The position numbers and the translations under genes are program-made. Positions 17,995-27,811 of a stretch of 63,604 bases of DNA are shown here, in pieces. Source of the DNA: Nitrospinota bacterium (GTDB lineage: Bacteria; UBA8248). The stretch lies in the NCBI GenBank assembly GCA_036231405.1, contig JAZAHK010000048.1, positions 1-63,604 of the forward strand, in the 5' to 3' direction. The number at the start of each line of letters is the position of its first letter. Position 1 is the stretch's first letter. The notes under the pieces were generated by a model. That model did not search any database and had not been told where the DNA came from. It saw only the letters and a list, made by a program, of their open reading frames with translations.

Positions 17995-19287
17995 ATGATT
18001 CCCTCAGTTTTAAATAAGACATATAAGTTAATCGCTATTTGTATTGTTTTTATGATTTTCCCTGGATGTGGTTCTTTCATAAAAACAAAGACAAGTGAGA
18101 CAAAGACAAGCGAGACAAAGACAAGCGAGACAAAGACAAGCGAGAAGGTAAGTGAAGTGTTGAAAGATCCCGATCGTGTTTCCTTTCAAAAAGCTATGAA
18201 AGAACACACCTCTAAATCTTATGGGAGATATATTAAACATTATCCAGATGGAAAATTAATTCGTCGTGCTAAGTATTGGTTTGAAAAACTTTCTTACGAA
18301 GAGGCATTGGGGAATAAGGATTTAAATGCACTTTCTGAATTTCTAAAAAAATTCTCGAAAAGTACTTTTGCAACCGAAGCTGAGACTATATTGCAGAAAA
18401 GAGAATTTAAGTTGATAAGAAAAAAAGATAGGATAAAAGACTATGATAAATTTCTTAAGAGATATAAAAACAAACGAAGTGAATGGACCGAAGCCGCACA
18501 ACAAAGACTCGAAAGATTAACTCTCAATATTGCGAAAAGAAGGAAAAACGCTAAGCTTTTCTATTACTTTATTTATGATTTCCCTACTAGCCCTTATGTT
18601 GGGGAAGCGAAAAAAAATCTTATTAAGATTCGCTTTCAGGGTGCAGTAGATTCAGGGCTTGAAAGAGAATGGAAAAAGTTTTTACAGGAGTTTCCGGATA
18701 CAGAAGAGGCGAATATGATGAAAGCGCACATTCAAAATGAGGCTCTTAGAGGCGCAGAGAAATCCGGTCGCGTTGGTGCTTTAGTCCGTTTCTTACGTTT
18801 ATATCCTAAATCGATTCATAGGAGTAGAATTTTGTCGGCTGTGACAATAATGACGAGACAAAGGGACCAGAACTTTAAAAATTGGATTTCTATAGATAGA
18901 TTAGAACTTGCACTTTCTCGGCCTCGTAAATGCAAAACTTGTTCTCCTAAATATTTGATCAAGGGTATGTTGAAAAACTTTGATCCTGATTTTGCTTTTA
19001 ATGTGACTTTGCAGGGTAATTTAAAAAAATCAGGTTCTTTCTGTTGTTTTACTAATTTCAAGGTTTCTGGATTGAAACCAGGAGAGAAAAGATATTTTTC
19101 ATTTTTTGTCAATAAAGGGAAGGGACCCCCTGTATTAAAGAAGACACAATTTTCTGTACGGATTCTTACAGGGAAAGCTTTTCACGATCCTTCTTGGAGT
19201 AAAATATTAAAAATTCAAGGACTTGGGATCCGAGGAGGAAATGTAGACTCATTTAATCCCAAAAAAGTAAGGTCACTTGAAAAATAA
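17995..19287 (+). CDS. Lipoprotein with helical BamD/TPR-like repeats and a C-terminal Cys-containing beta domain
   Basis: Lipobox FPGC; recurring (Y/F)LxxYP/FP...A units; CKTC and CC near the C-terminus. Confidence 0.65.
   Translation: MIPSVLNKTYKLIAICIVFMIFPGCGSFIKTKTSETKTSETKTSETKTSEKVSEVLKDPDRVSFQKAMKEHTSKSYGRYIKHYPDGKLIRRAKYWFEKLSYEEALGNKDLNALSEFLKKFSKSTFATEAETILQKREFKLIRKKDRIKDYDKFLKRYKNKRSEWTEAAQQRLERLTLNIAKRRKNAKLFYYFIYDFPTSPYVGEAKKNLIKIRFQGAVDSGLEREWKKFLQEFPDTEEANMMKAHIQNEALRGAEKSGRVGALVRFLRLYPKSIHRSRILSAVTIMTRQRDQNFKNWISIDRLELALSRPRKCKTCSPKYLIKGMLKNFDPDFAFNVTLQGNLKKSGSFCCFTNFKVSGLKPGEKRYFSFFVNKGKGPPVLKKTQFSVRILTGKAFHDPSWSKILKIQGLGIRGGNVDSFNPKKVRSLEK
18085..18144 (+). repeat. In-frame 15-nt tandem repeat, 4 copies (TKTSE x4)
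   Basis: ACAAAGACAAG(T/C)GAG four times; first copy has T, the other three C. Confidence 0.95.
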
Positions 19288-19415
19288 TATGTAATTATGG
19301 GAATAATATTTTATTGGAAGAGAGAATGTCTAGTTGTTTACTACTAGTTATTGCCATTATTATGCTGGCATTTCTTCTTTTGACTTATCCAGAAATTATG
19401 TATGTTCTAGAGAAT

Positions 19416-20318
19416 CTATGATCTTTTTTTTCGTGAAATTTTTTTGATCCTCGAGGTTATATACTCACATATTGACGAATTTCCTACTATGATTGGTGTT
19501 TTCCAATTTCGTAAGTCATTAATTCTTTTTGTTGGATCATTAACCTTTATGAAATTTTTGAAGGGTTCCCATTTTTTGAAAATAGATTTTTGTTGTAAAG
19601 CCAATCCTCCAGCTTCTTTAACGATAATGATTCCTGCTGCGACGTCCCAAATGCTTGGAACACCAAATAGCGCATAGTGAAGCCCTCCACGAGCTACCAT
19701 TGCCAAGTCGAATGAAATTGAACCAGTTGTTCTAATTTCTCCCATATTGTTTTTTAGACCACCAATTGTTTTGAATTGATTCCAATATGATCCAGGAAGG
19801 CTTATAGTTTTTTTCCTTGAAGGTTTCTCTTCCATAGTCACATTAATTCTCTCATTACCTAAAAAAGCACCTTCTCCTAATGAGGCTTTGTATATAAGGA
19901 AGTCATCTTTCCCAGTTGGTTCTGGTAAAAAGATTGCACCTGCAATTGGTTCTCCTTTAAAGAGCAAACCAACAGAACAGCCCCAAATGGAGATCCCGTT
20001 TAAAAAATTTTTTGTCCCATCTAAAGGGTCTAACACCCATAGATAGTCGGTCATTTTATCTTTGGGGTTTTCATCATTCCCTTTTTCTTCTTTCAGAGTT
20101 TCTTCCCCTAGGATCCCGTGATCCGGAAATTTCTTCTTTATACGGTCAGTTAAATATCTCTGACTCTCCCAGTCTGCTTCACTGACAGGGTCAGTTTTAT
20201 TTTTATCCTTATATTCTGTTTGTATTTGTTTTCCGAAAAAACTAAATAAAATCTGGCCTGCTTCTATTGCAATCTCTGCAGCAAAATTACGAAAAATGCT
20301 TGTTTTATCTTTACTCAT
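19416..20318 (-). CDS. Inositol monophosphatase family protein
   Basis: SEAD, GEE, WVLDPLDGTKNF, WDVAAG. Confidence 0.9.
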   Translation of the reverse strand: MSKDKTSIFRNFAAEIAIEAGQILFSFFGKQIQTEYKDKNKTDPVSEADWESQRYLTDRIKKKFPDHGILGEETLKEEKGNDENPKDKMTDYLWVLDPLDGTKNFLNGISIWGCSVGLLFKGEPIAGAIFLPEPTGKDDFLIYKASLGEGAFLGNERINVTMEEKPSRKKTISLPGSYWNQFKTIGGLKNNMGEIRTTGSISFDLAMVARGGLHYALFGVPSIWDVAAGIIIVKEAGGLALQQKSIFKKWEPFKNFIKVNDPTKRINDLRNWKTPIIVGNSSICEYITSRIKKISRKKRS

Positions 20319-21366
20319 TCTTGCTTCTTTTTAAGGGAAGGACGTTTAATCTGTCCGCTATCTCATCAAGTTCATTTATACGCTCTTTTGAAAGAGTGAA
20401 TCCATTTTTTTTTCTTTTCTCTTCTAATTCATATTCAATTTCACCAGGCATATAAATTCTCTCAATACCGTCAGCCTTTTTGGTGTCTCTAAGCATCTGC
20501 AAAAAGACATTTGCAGCAATAGAAAATTCATTGACTGGAATTAAAGATTCTATTTTGATAGCAATGAACAAATGTGTGACTCCACTTTTTCCTGAGTAAT
20601 CGTTAATCCCAATAATCTCTGAACTATTTCGGGAACCAGAAATGCTCGCTAGCATGGCGTCTATTGCAATTGAAAGGCCGCTACCTTTATGCCCAGCGAT
20701 TGATGACAGTAATGAACTCTTTAGGACTTCATTTGGATCTGTAGTTGATTTTCCCCTTGAGTCTTTTCCCCAACTATCGGGAATAGTTTCTCCTGCTCTA
20801 GCTGCCTCAATTACATATCCTCTGGCAACATTACTAAGTGCCATGTCTAGTACCATCATTGGTTCCGACGGAAAAGCTATAGAAATTGGATTGTTCCCAA
20901 TTTTAGGTTCTTTTCCTCCTGTAGGTGCCATAATTGGAATCGTGGTTGTCGTACAGATTCCTATCATCCCCTGTCTAGCTGCTTCAATCGTATAGGTAGA
21001 TGCGGCTCCAAAATGATTGCTTTCTTTAACGAAAATGACACCAACATTGTGTTCTTTTGCTCTTTCAATACAGTTCCGCATGGCATCCCTAGAGACTACC
21101 TGTCCCATTCCATTGTCTCCATCTAGCAGGGCAAGAGGTCCTGCGTCTTTAAGGATGGTTATGTTCGGTTTTGGATTTGCTAGAGATAGTTCTAGTCTCT
21201 TTGTGTATTGGGGCATTCGAATAACACCATGACTTGAAACTCCTTTTAACTCTGCTTGTACAAGGGTTTCTGAAATCCATTCTGCGTCAATTTTTGGCAT
21301 CCCTAATACGGAGAATACTTCTCTTAGGTATTCATTTAAATAAGTAGCTGTAGTAATTGAAGGCAC
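20311..21366 (-). CDS. Ldh_2-family dehydrogenase (ComC/AllD/DpkA-like)
   Basis: GVSSHG, DGDNGMG, NHFG, GNNP, LDMA, HKGSGL, PGEIE. Confidence 0.9.
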   Translation of the reverse strand: MPSITTATYLNEYLREVFSVLGMPKIDAEWISETLVQAELKGVSSHGVIRMPQYTKRLELSLANPKPNITILKDAGPLALLDGDNGMGQVVSRDAMRNCIERAKEHNVGVIFVKESNHFGAASTYTIEAARQGMIGICTTTTIPIMAPTGGKEPKIGNNPISIAFPSEPMMVLDMALSNVARGYVIEAARAGETIPDSWGKDSRGKSTTDPNEVLKSSLLSSIAGHKGSGLSIAIDAMLASISGSRNSSEIIGINDYSGKSGVTHLFIAIKIESLIPVNEFSIAANVFLQMLRDTKKADGIERIYMPGEIEYELEEKRKKNGFTLSKERINELDEIADRLNVLPLKRSKNE

Positions 21367-21368
21367 GT

Positions 21369-21962
21369 CTAATCAACCTCCGTTATCCTTGTGAACAGGA
21401 AAGTTTTCCCATGGATAATGTGTTTCCCATGATCTACATTCGTCAGGAAATCTGATCTAGATACTGAATATTTATTTGCAGATTCAATTTCTTGAAAGTC
21501 CCACCCAGGTTGATTCCAGATCAGTTCGTTTCCAACGTATCCCGGGGCTGATTGTATTACAGTTAAGTACCATGAAACCGATGGATAACTTAGGATTAGA
21601 AGGTCTATCTCAGAGTCAAATGGAACCCAACACGTAAATACAAGATCGGGATTATATTTTTTCAAAGCTTTTTCAGCATCTAAATTTTCTGTGAATTCGT
21701 CCTTTATTACGTCTGAGAGGATAATTGGAATGCCAGTTTCATTTAAAGCTCTTCCTATGAGTCCATTTCCTGAAGCAATTTCTAGATTTTGTTTAGAGCC
21801 TGTCTTCTTTATTGTTTCAGCAACTACTTCTATCCACTCAATAACTGGATATTGAAAAAATTTATTGTCCTCACACCATCCTAGCCAACCGTTGGATTTT
21901 TCTTCTAAGGCTAATTTCTCAATAGTTTCTTCGTAAGGAAGAATTCTTATAGATCCCCTCAT
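21369..21962 (-). CDS. Hypothetical protein, class I SAM-methyltransferase-like fold
   Basis: LEIASGNGLIG resembles SAM-binding motif I; embedded in the operon with a GAGGG RBS. Confidence 0.55.
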   Translation of the reverse strand: MRGSIRILPYEETIEKLALEEKSNGWLGWCEDNKFFQYPVIEWIEVVAETIKKTGSKQNLEIASGNGLIGRALNETGIPIILSDVIKDEFTENLDAEKALKKYNPDLVFTCWVPFDSEIDLLILSYPSVSWYLTVIQSAPGYVGNELIWNQPGWDFQEIESANKYSVSRSDFLTNVDHGKHIIHGKTFLFTRITEVD

Positions 21963-21977
21963 TTTAGAAACATAAAC

Positions 21978-23192
21978 TTATACACTCGGTCCGCATCTGT
22001 TGATTGCAAATGCATTTTCTTCATAAAGAATTTCAGCTTTTGTCATTTTACCACTTGCCACATCAAGGACTTCGTCGTAAACCCTGCGGCCTGCTACTTC
22101 TATTGGGACACCTTCAAAAATATCCGTTACTTCCACATCTGTGGTGTCGCGGTGGAGATTCGCAGAAAGAGGGTTCCCGGTAATTCTAATTGTGTTCATT
22201 AGCGGATGGTTGATTGTGTGTCCTCCGCCAGTGGAAAAAATGAGCACCTGAGCACCACCAGCAGCAATTCCGGTGATAGATTCGCCTCCGGAACCTGGGG
22301 TATCCATGACGTGAAGGCCAGATTTTTTGCTCGCTCTTTTCGCCCAGGGTATTACATCTACAATTGGAGCATTTCCTGCTTTTTGGATTGCACCCAGCGA
22401 TTTTTCTTCGATAGTGGTAAGCCCACCTTCCATGTTGTCTCCAGTAGGTTGACTACCTCGCAGATCAACACCACATGCCAGAATTCTTTCTTCCATTTCT
22501 TCTACCATTTTCCATATGCGTTTTCCGAGATATGGTTTGATACATTTGGCAGCTAAAACTCCTTCTCCACCCATCATTTCGGTTGTTTCTGCTAAGAGTG
22601 CTCTTCCTCCGGCTTTTATGACATTTTCCGTTACCCACCCAGTAGCTTTGTTGTGCGATAGCCCGGACGTGGTATCTGATGTTCCACAATTAACGCCAAG
22701 CAGGAGTTTACTTAAAGGAATTTCTTGCCTGAGTTCAGTAGAAAGTTCCCTCAACATTTCCATTCCTATTCTTGTAGCTTTGGCAGTAGATTCTATGGCT
22801 CCTCCGCTTTCCCTTATATTTATAGCCTCGACTCTTTTGCCGGTTTTAGCTATTTCGTGTGCGATTTCATCTGAAGTACAACCTTCCTCCCTGTGATGAT
22901 CTATGACGATGACAGCACCTGCATTTGCATTCTGCCCATGTCCTACGAGAGTTTCAAACGTTCTTTCTAAATCAGGAGCAATTTGACATCTTCCAAGGGG
23001 ATGTGTGATTGCGACGCTATGGCGTAGAGTTCTTGCTACACGTTCACAAGTTGAATTCGCATAAAGAGTACCACTTAAGATAAGAAGGTAGTTTCTTGAG
23101 CCAACGTCGCCATTTTCTCTTGGGTATCCCCACCAAGTTTTTCTCAACTTTTTATTAGAAGCAGTTCGTTTCGATGATGTTCTCGATTTCAT
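21978..23192 (-). CDS. UxaA/GarD-family hydro-lyase large subunit, SuyB-like
   Basis: GYPRENGDVGSRN, HPLGRCQ, CGTSDTTSG, QPTGDNMEGGLTTIEEKSLG, FSTG, VASGKMTKAE. Confidence 0.85.
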   Translation of the reverse strand: MKSRTSSKRTASNKKLRKTWWGYPRENGDVGSRNYLLILSGTLYANSTCERVARTLRHSVAITHPLGRCQIAPDLERTFETLVGHGQNANAGAVIVIDHHREEGCTSDEIAHEIAKTGKRVEAINIRESGGAIESTAKATRIGMEMLRELSTELRQEIPLSKLLLGVNCGTSDTTSGLSHNKATGWVTENVIKAGGRALLAETTEMMGGEGVLAAKCIKPYLGKRIWKMVEEMEERILACGVDLRGSQPTGDNMEGGLTTIEEKSLGAIQKAGNAPIVDVIPWAKRASKKSGLHVMDTPGSGGESITGIAAGGAQVLIFSTGGGHTINHPLMNTIRITGNPLSANLHRDTTDVEVTDIFEGVPIEVAGRRVYDEVLDVASGKMTKAEILYEENAFAINRCGPSV

Positions 23193-23204
23193 TTTCCCCC
23201 CTAC

Positions 23205-23501
23205 TTAAAGTTCAAGATCGCCACGTCCACGGGCGCTCTCAATGTTGTGTACGTGAATATAATCACCAACCTTAATATCCTTTGTGGCTATTCCTATTGA
23301 CAACCCATATTTCATACAGTGTTTTCCCTTAGAGATTGGGGAAATACAAATCTTATGAATATATGGAATAGCAGAATTAGACTTGATAGTCTTTCCTGTT
23401 CTGCCGTTATGCATAAGTTTTACCTTTGAACCCCGCTTCACTTTAGATAGGCAAGTTGCGACGTGATCTCCTTTTTCAATTATCATTGCAGTGACTGTCA
23501 T
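23205..23501 (-). CDS. SAF-domain small subunit of a UxaA/SuyA-type lyase
   Basis: DHVATCL, IPYIHK, KYG..IG.A..DI..GD.IHVHNIES. Confidence 0.85.
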   Translation of the reverse strand: MTVTAMIIEKGDHVATCLSKVKRGSKVKLMHNGRTGKTIKSNSAIPYIHKICISPISKGKHCMKYGLSIGIATKDIKVGDYIHVHNIESARGRGDLEL

Positions 23502-23603
23502 TTTTTCTCCTTCAAGTTTTTTCTTAGATTTACAGTATAATCTGAAATATAGTGGATTATAGTAAGTGAAATTGACTAAAGCTTCAACGTCACTGACAGT
23601 TAG

Positions 23604-24653
23604 TTAACTGTCCAGTTTTTTAATGCCAAGTTCAAGCGCAAGTTCGTTCATCTCGAGAACCAGCTTCTTATTTAATTGTAATCCATTTTTGAGATTTTCC
23701 ACATATTTTTTGTTTGAACCTTCTCCTGGAATTAGGATTTGATCATAACCAGGTGCTAAGCTGGATTTTTTGATTTTTTCAACAACTGCATCAACTCTAG
23801 ATTCGTATTCTTTCCCGAGGCATTGCCTAGGATCAATTGCAATACAGAGCATCGGTAGGGAACAAATTTCATCTGTCTCTAACCAGTCGGGTCGATCTCC
23901 ATCAAACGTATTTCCCGACAAAGTTGCTGTAAGAAAAGAAAACATTAACGCAAGTCCGTAGCCTTTGTGACCCCCTAAAGGAACCATAGTTCCCTTCAGT
24001 GCTTCGTTAGGATTTGTTGTGGATTTTCCTAACTTGTCTAATGCCCAACCCTTTGGGATTTTTTCTCCCGCTTTTGCAGCTAACATCACATATCCCCGGG
24101 CTACTCTAGATGTGGCAATGTCAAAGATGATTGGAAATTTCTGATTAGATGGAATTGCAAACGCAATTGGGTTATTTCCAATCAATCTTTCAGAACCTCC
24201 CCAAGGGGCAAGGTTTCCGACTGCCCCACTAATAACTATGCCGATCATATTCTTTTTTAGTGCCATTGCAGCAAAGTAACCTACGTGACCTGTGTGCAAT
24301 GAATTTCGAACTGCTGCAGCACCGAAACCGGAGTCTTTTGCCTTTTTAAAAGCTGTTTTCATAGTCCTTTCACCGACGATGGCACTCAATCCATGATCAC
24401 CATCTAAGAGAGAATAAGAGGGAAGGTCTACAATAGTTTTTATTTTTGGTTTAGGATTTGCTGTTTTCTTCTTTAATCTTTCTGCAAATGAAATAAGACG
24501 AACACAACCGTGGGAGGTTACTCCTCTAAGCTCCGCATCTAAGGTCTGCGCCGCACATTTTTTTGAATTTGATTGTGAGACTCCTAGGGCAGTAAAGACA
24601 TTTTCTATAAATGTAAATAACGATTTATATTTAAAAAAACTGGAAGGCATCAT
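23604..24653 (-). CDS. Ldh_2-family dehydrogenase
   Basis: RGVTSHG, DGDHG, GNNP, FDIATS, GGHKGYGL, PGE. Confidence 0.9.
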   Translation of the reverse strand: MMPSSFFKYKSLFTFIENVFTALGVSQSNSKKCAAQTLDAELRGVTSHGCVRLISFAERLKKKTANPKPKIKTIVDLPSYSLLDGDHGLSAIVGERTMKTAFKKAKDSGFGAAAVRNSLHTGHVGYFAAMALKKNMIGIVISGAVGNLAPWGGSERLIGNNPIAFAIPSNQKFPIIFDIATSRVARGYVMLAAKAGEKIPKGWALDKLGKSTTNPNEALKGTMVPLGGHKGYGLALMFSFLTATLSGNTFDGDRPDWLETDEICSLPMLCIAIDPRQCLGKEYESRVDAVVEKIKKSSLAPGYDQILIPGEGSNKKYVENLKNGLQLNKKLVLEMNELALELGIKKLDS

Positions 24654-24743
24654 TGTTTCTCCTGAAAGTGTTCTTCGAGTGTGAAAAATGTTAAAATTTC
24701 TTTTTCAATTATATTTTAAACAAATTTAGAGGATTCACAAGTT

Positions 24744-25832
24744 ATGCAGGCATGGCGTTTTCACGCTTTTGGTGATATGCGTTTAGAGGAAGTTCCTGAT
24801 CCAGTAGTCAAATCTGGATATGCAGTTTGTAAAATTAGAAGAGTTCAACCAAGTATCACTGATGTTCAAAGGGCGCTGGGCATTGGAACGATTAATTCTG
24901 CTCTTTTAAAAAAACAGCTAGAGGAGAAAGCACCTGTTCAACTTTTAGGGCATGAAATGAGTGCAGAAGTCCTTGAAGTGGGAGAAGATGTTTCAACTTT
25001 ACATCCAGGTGATATCGTATGTACTTCAGGTCATATCCCATGTGGAGTTTGTGATTGGTGCAGGGAAGGAAAAGATCCTTGGTGCGTTGATAAGATTCAC
25101 GTTGGCATTAATATCCCTGGGGCGTTTGCAGAAATGATATCTCTTCCAGAGGAAGGGTTAGTCAAAGTTCCAAATATTTTGGATGATGTCTCAGTAACAT
25201 GTCTTCAGCCTTTCTCATCAGCAGTAGCTGCAGTTCGTGATGCAAATATATCTGTTGGTGATAATATTGCCATAACCGGACAAGGAGTAATGGGTATCTA
25301 TATTTTACAAGCTGCCCGTATGTACGGTGCTGGTTCAATTTACGTGACTGACGTTAAGGAAGAAGCATTAAGTTTAAGCGAGAAGTTTTCACCTGAACTC
25401 GTTATAAATGCAAGAGAGAAAGATAGTGTTGCTGAAGTTCTAAAGGCTACAAAAGGAAAAGGTGTAGATATAGTCTTTGAATGTGCTGGTGGGAATCCTG
25501 ATCAAGGTTTGTCAGGTCATGAGACGAAACAGCAAGCATTCGAGATGGTTAGAATAGGAGGGAAAGTAGTTCAGGTTGCAGGTTTAGTCGGAAATGTAAC
25601 CATAGATCCTGTTTTTATGAGGAGTCAGGGAATAAACTGGTTATTTCCAGAAGGTCACGGAAGTGAAACAATTAGTTTAGGCGCGGATTGGGTCGCAAGT
25701 GGGAAGATTGACTTAAAATCTCTTGTTACTCATGAAGTTTCCGGAATAGAAAAACTTCCTGATGCGATGGAAATCACACATAAGAAAGAAGAATATAAGG
25801 CTACGAATCCTTGTCAGGTAGTGATGGAGTAA
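24744..25832 (+). CDS. Zn-binding MDR (threonine/sorbitol dehydrogenase-like)
   Basis: LGHE, CGVCDWC...C, GQGVMG; GAGGA RBS. Confidence 0.87.
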   Translation: MQAWRFHAFGDMRLEEVPDPVVKSGYAVCKIRRVQPSITDVQRALGIGTINSALLKKQLEEKAPVQLLGHEMSAEVLEVGEDVSTLHPGDIVCTSGHIPCGVCDWCREGKDPWCVDKIHVGINIPGAFAEMISLPEEGLVKVPNILDDVSVTCLQPFSSAVAAVRDANISVGDNIAITGQGVMGIYILQAARMYGAGSIYVTDVKEEALSLSEKFSPELVINAREKDSVAEVLKATKGKGVDIVFECAGGNPDQGLSGHETKQQAFEMVRIGGKVVQVAGLVGNVTIDPVFMRSQGINWLFPEGHGSETISLGADWVASGKIDLKSLVTHEVSGIEKLPDAMEITHKKEEYKATNPCQVVME

Positions 25833-25854
25833 TTTCTTTTATTGGAGAATAGGT

Positions 25855-26643
25855 ATGGATTTAGGTTTGGAAGGAAAGGTTTCAATAGTAACGGGTGCAA
25901 GCCGAGGTATTGGTAAAGAATGTGCATTGGAACTCGCAAAAGAGGGAAGTGTTGTATTGGTTACAGCAAGGAACGTGGAACTTCTGTCGGAAACAGTTGA
26001 GCAAATAAAGAAAGAGGGGGGAAATGCTGATTTTGTTCCCGCTGATCTTGTTTCTCATGAAGGATGTAGGAAAGTAGTTGATGCATGTATTGATAAATTC
26101 GGGAATGTTGATGTTTTAGTGAATTGTGCAGGTGCTGCAAAGGGAGGAGATATCCTCGAACTCGATGTATCACTAATAGATGATGCTCTTGGTCTGAAGT
26201 CTTATGGGTATCTCAGACTTGCACAAATGGTCATTCCTTATATGAGAGAAAAAAAATGGGGGCGCATTGTTAACGTAGCAGGAGGAGCAGGTGCAAGCCC
26301 ATCAAGAGGAAATATTCCAACTAGTTTGGCGAATATTACGATCTTGAATATGACTAGAGCGATTTCAGATGCTGTTGCAGGAGAAGGTATTCTCGTTAAT
26401 ACCGTTTGTCCTGGGATGACAAATACTCAAAGGGCTCGTGACATTTATCAACATCGTGCAAAAAGCGAAGGAAGAAATGTAGAAGACATCTTGTTAGAAA
26501 TTGGTTCTTCGCTGCCTGCTAAGAGAATATGTGAACCAGAAGAAGTAGGTGCTGTTGTAACTTTTCTAGCTTCTGAGAAATGCAGTTATGTTTCTGGAAG
26601 TTCAATCTATATGGACGGTGGTGCGAGACGTTCTACCCCTTAA
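25855..26643 (+). CDS. SDR oxidoreductase, atypical active site
   Basis: TGASRGIG, VNCAG, VCPG; no YxxxK (PTSLAN instead). Confidence 0.85.
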   Translation: MDLGLEGKVSIVTGASRGIGKECALELAKEGSVVLVTARNVELLSETVEQIKKEGGNADFVPADLVSHEGCRKVVDACIDKFGNVDVLVNCAGAAKGGDILELDVSLIDDALGLKSYGYLRLAQMVIPYMREKKWGRIVNVAGGAGASPSRGNIPTSLANITILNMTRAISDAVAGEGILVNTVCPGMTNTQRARDIYQHRAKSEGRNVEDILLEIGSSLPAKRICEPEEVGAVVTFLASEKCSYVSGSSIYMDGGARRSTP

Positions 26644-26681
26644 TATCAGCAAATACAATTTTATGACTGGAGGATTCTGAG

Positions 26682-27749
26682 TTGTCTCATTTGTTTGACG
26701 AACTGAAAATAAAGAATGTGACTTTGAGAAACAGGATAGGAGTTTCTCCCATGTGTCAATATAGCGCTCATGATGGAAAGATGACTGATTGGCATTTGGT
26801 TCATATTGGGTCCAGGGCTGTAGGTGGCGCGGGTCTGGTTATGGTGGAGGCAACTGGTGTCGAGTCTAGAGGAAGGATTACCCCAGGGTGCACGGGTATT
26901 TGGAATGATGAACATATTCCATTTTTGTCTAGAGTTTCTGATTTTATAAAAGGGGAAGGTGCTGTTGCTGGCATACAGATTGGTCATGCGGGTCGAAAAG
27001 CAAGTTGTGCGGCTACATGGGAGGGTGGACATTTTCTTTCGGATGAAGAAGGTGGTTGGGAGATAATCGCTCCTAGTCCAATGCCAATTCATGACAAGGG
27101 CCGTGTTCCAAGAGAAATGACTTTGGAAGATATTGAAGAAGTGCAAGAGGCATTTAGGGATGCGACAATCCGTGCTGGGAAGGCTGGTTTCGATTGGCTT
27201 GAGATTCATGGGGCGCATGGTTATCTTATGCACAGTTTTCATTCTCCCATTTCAAATAAGAGGGCCGACGATTACGGGGGTTCTTTCGAAAATAGGATTA
27301 AGTTTACTGTAGACACCTTGAAAATTGTTCGTCAAGAATGGCCTCAGGAAAAACCTCTCTGTATTAGACTTTCTTGCTCTGACTGGGTAGATGGAGGTTG
27401 GACATTAGATGATACAGTTAAATTGTCTAGTGTTCTTAAGGAAGTGGGAATAGATCTTATCGATTGTAGTGGCGGTGGGTCTACACCAAAAGCCGATATT
27501 CCAATAGGACCAGGGTATCAGGTTCCTTTTTCAGAGACGGTAAGAAAAAGTGTGATCATTCCTACAGCTTGTGTAGGAATGATCACTGAGCCTTTTCAAG
27601 CAGACCAGATAATTAGAAATGGACAGGCAGATGTCGTATTCTTAGCTCGTGCATTTCTTCGAGATCCTTATTGGCCCTATCGTGCTTCAATAGTATTGGG
27701 GAAACAAGAAAAATCCTACATACCTAAGCAATATCATCGTGCGATGTAA
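26682..27749 (+). CDS. namA: NADH:flavin oxidoreductase (Old Yellow Enzyme, YqjM/NamA type)
   Basis: SPMCQYSA, HAGRKAS, EIHGAHGYL, DYGGSFENR, RDPYW, QYHRA. Confidence 0.88.
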   Translation: MSHLFDELKIKNVTLRNRIGVSPMCQYSAHDGKMTDWHLVHIGSRAVGGAGLVMVEATGVESRGRITPGCTGIWNDEHIPFLSRVSDFIKGEGAVAGIQIGHAGRKASCAATWEGGHFLSDEEGGWEIIAPSPMPIHDKGRVPREMTLEDIEEVQEAFRDATIRAGKAGFDWLEIHGAHGYLMHSFHSPISNKRADDYGGSFENRIKFTVDTLKIVRQEWPQEKPLCIRLSCSDWVDGGWTLDDTVKLSSVLKEVGIDLIDCSGGGSTPKADIPIGPGYQVPFSETVRKSVIIPTACVGMITEPFQADQIIRNGQADVVFLARAFLRDPYWPYRASIVLGKQEKSYIPKQYHRAM

Positions 27750-27811
27750 TACATAACAAAAGATTATGTATAGATTTCGTAATTGCTTTATCGTCAATGT
27801 CGACTATGGTG

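Noticed and set aside
18085-18144. Repeat as a possible CRISPR array
   Set aside because: The 15-nt units are contiguous with no spacers, lie in frame inside a CDS, and no cas genes are present.
18028-18240. Antisense ORF with LACLC repeats, metallothionein-like at first sight
   Set aside because: It is the reverse-strand reading of the TKTSE tandem repeat.
26661-27242. 193-aa minus-strand ORF
   Set aside because: Antisense shadow of the well-supported namA-like gene; no motifs.
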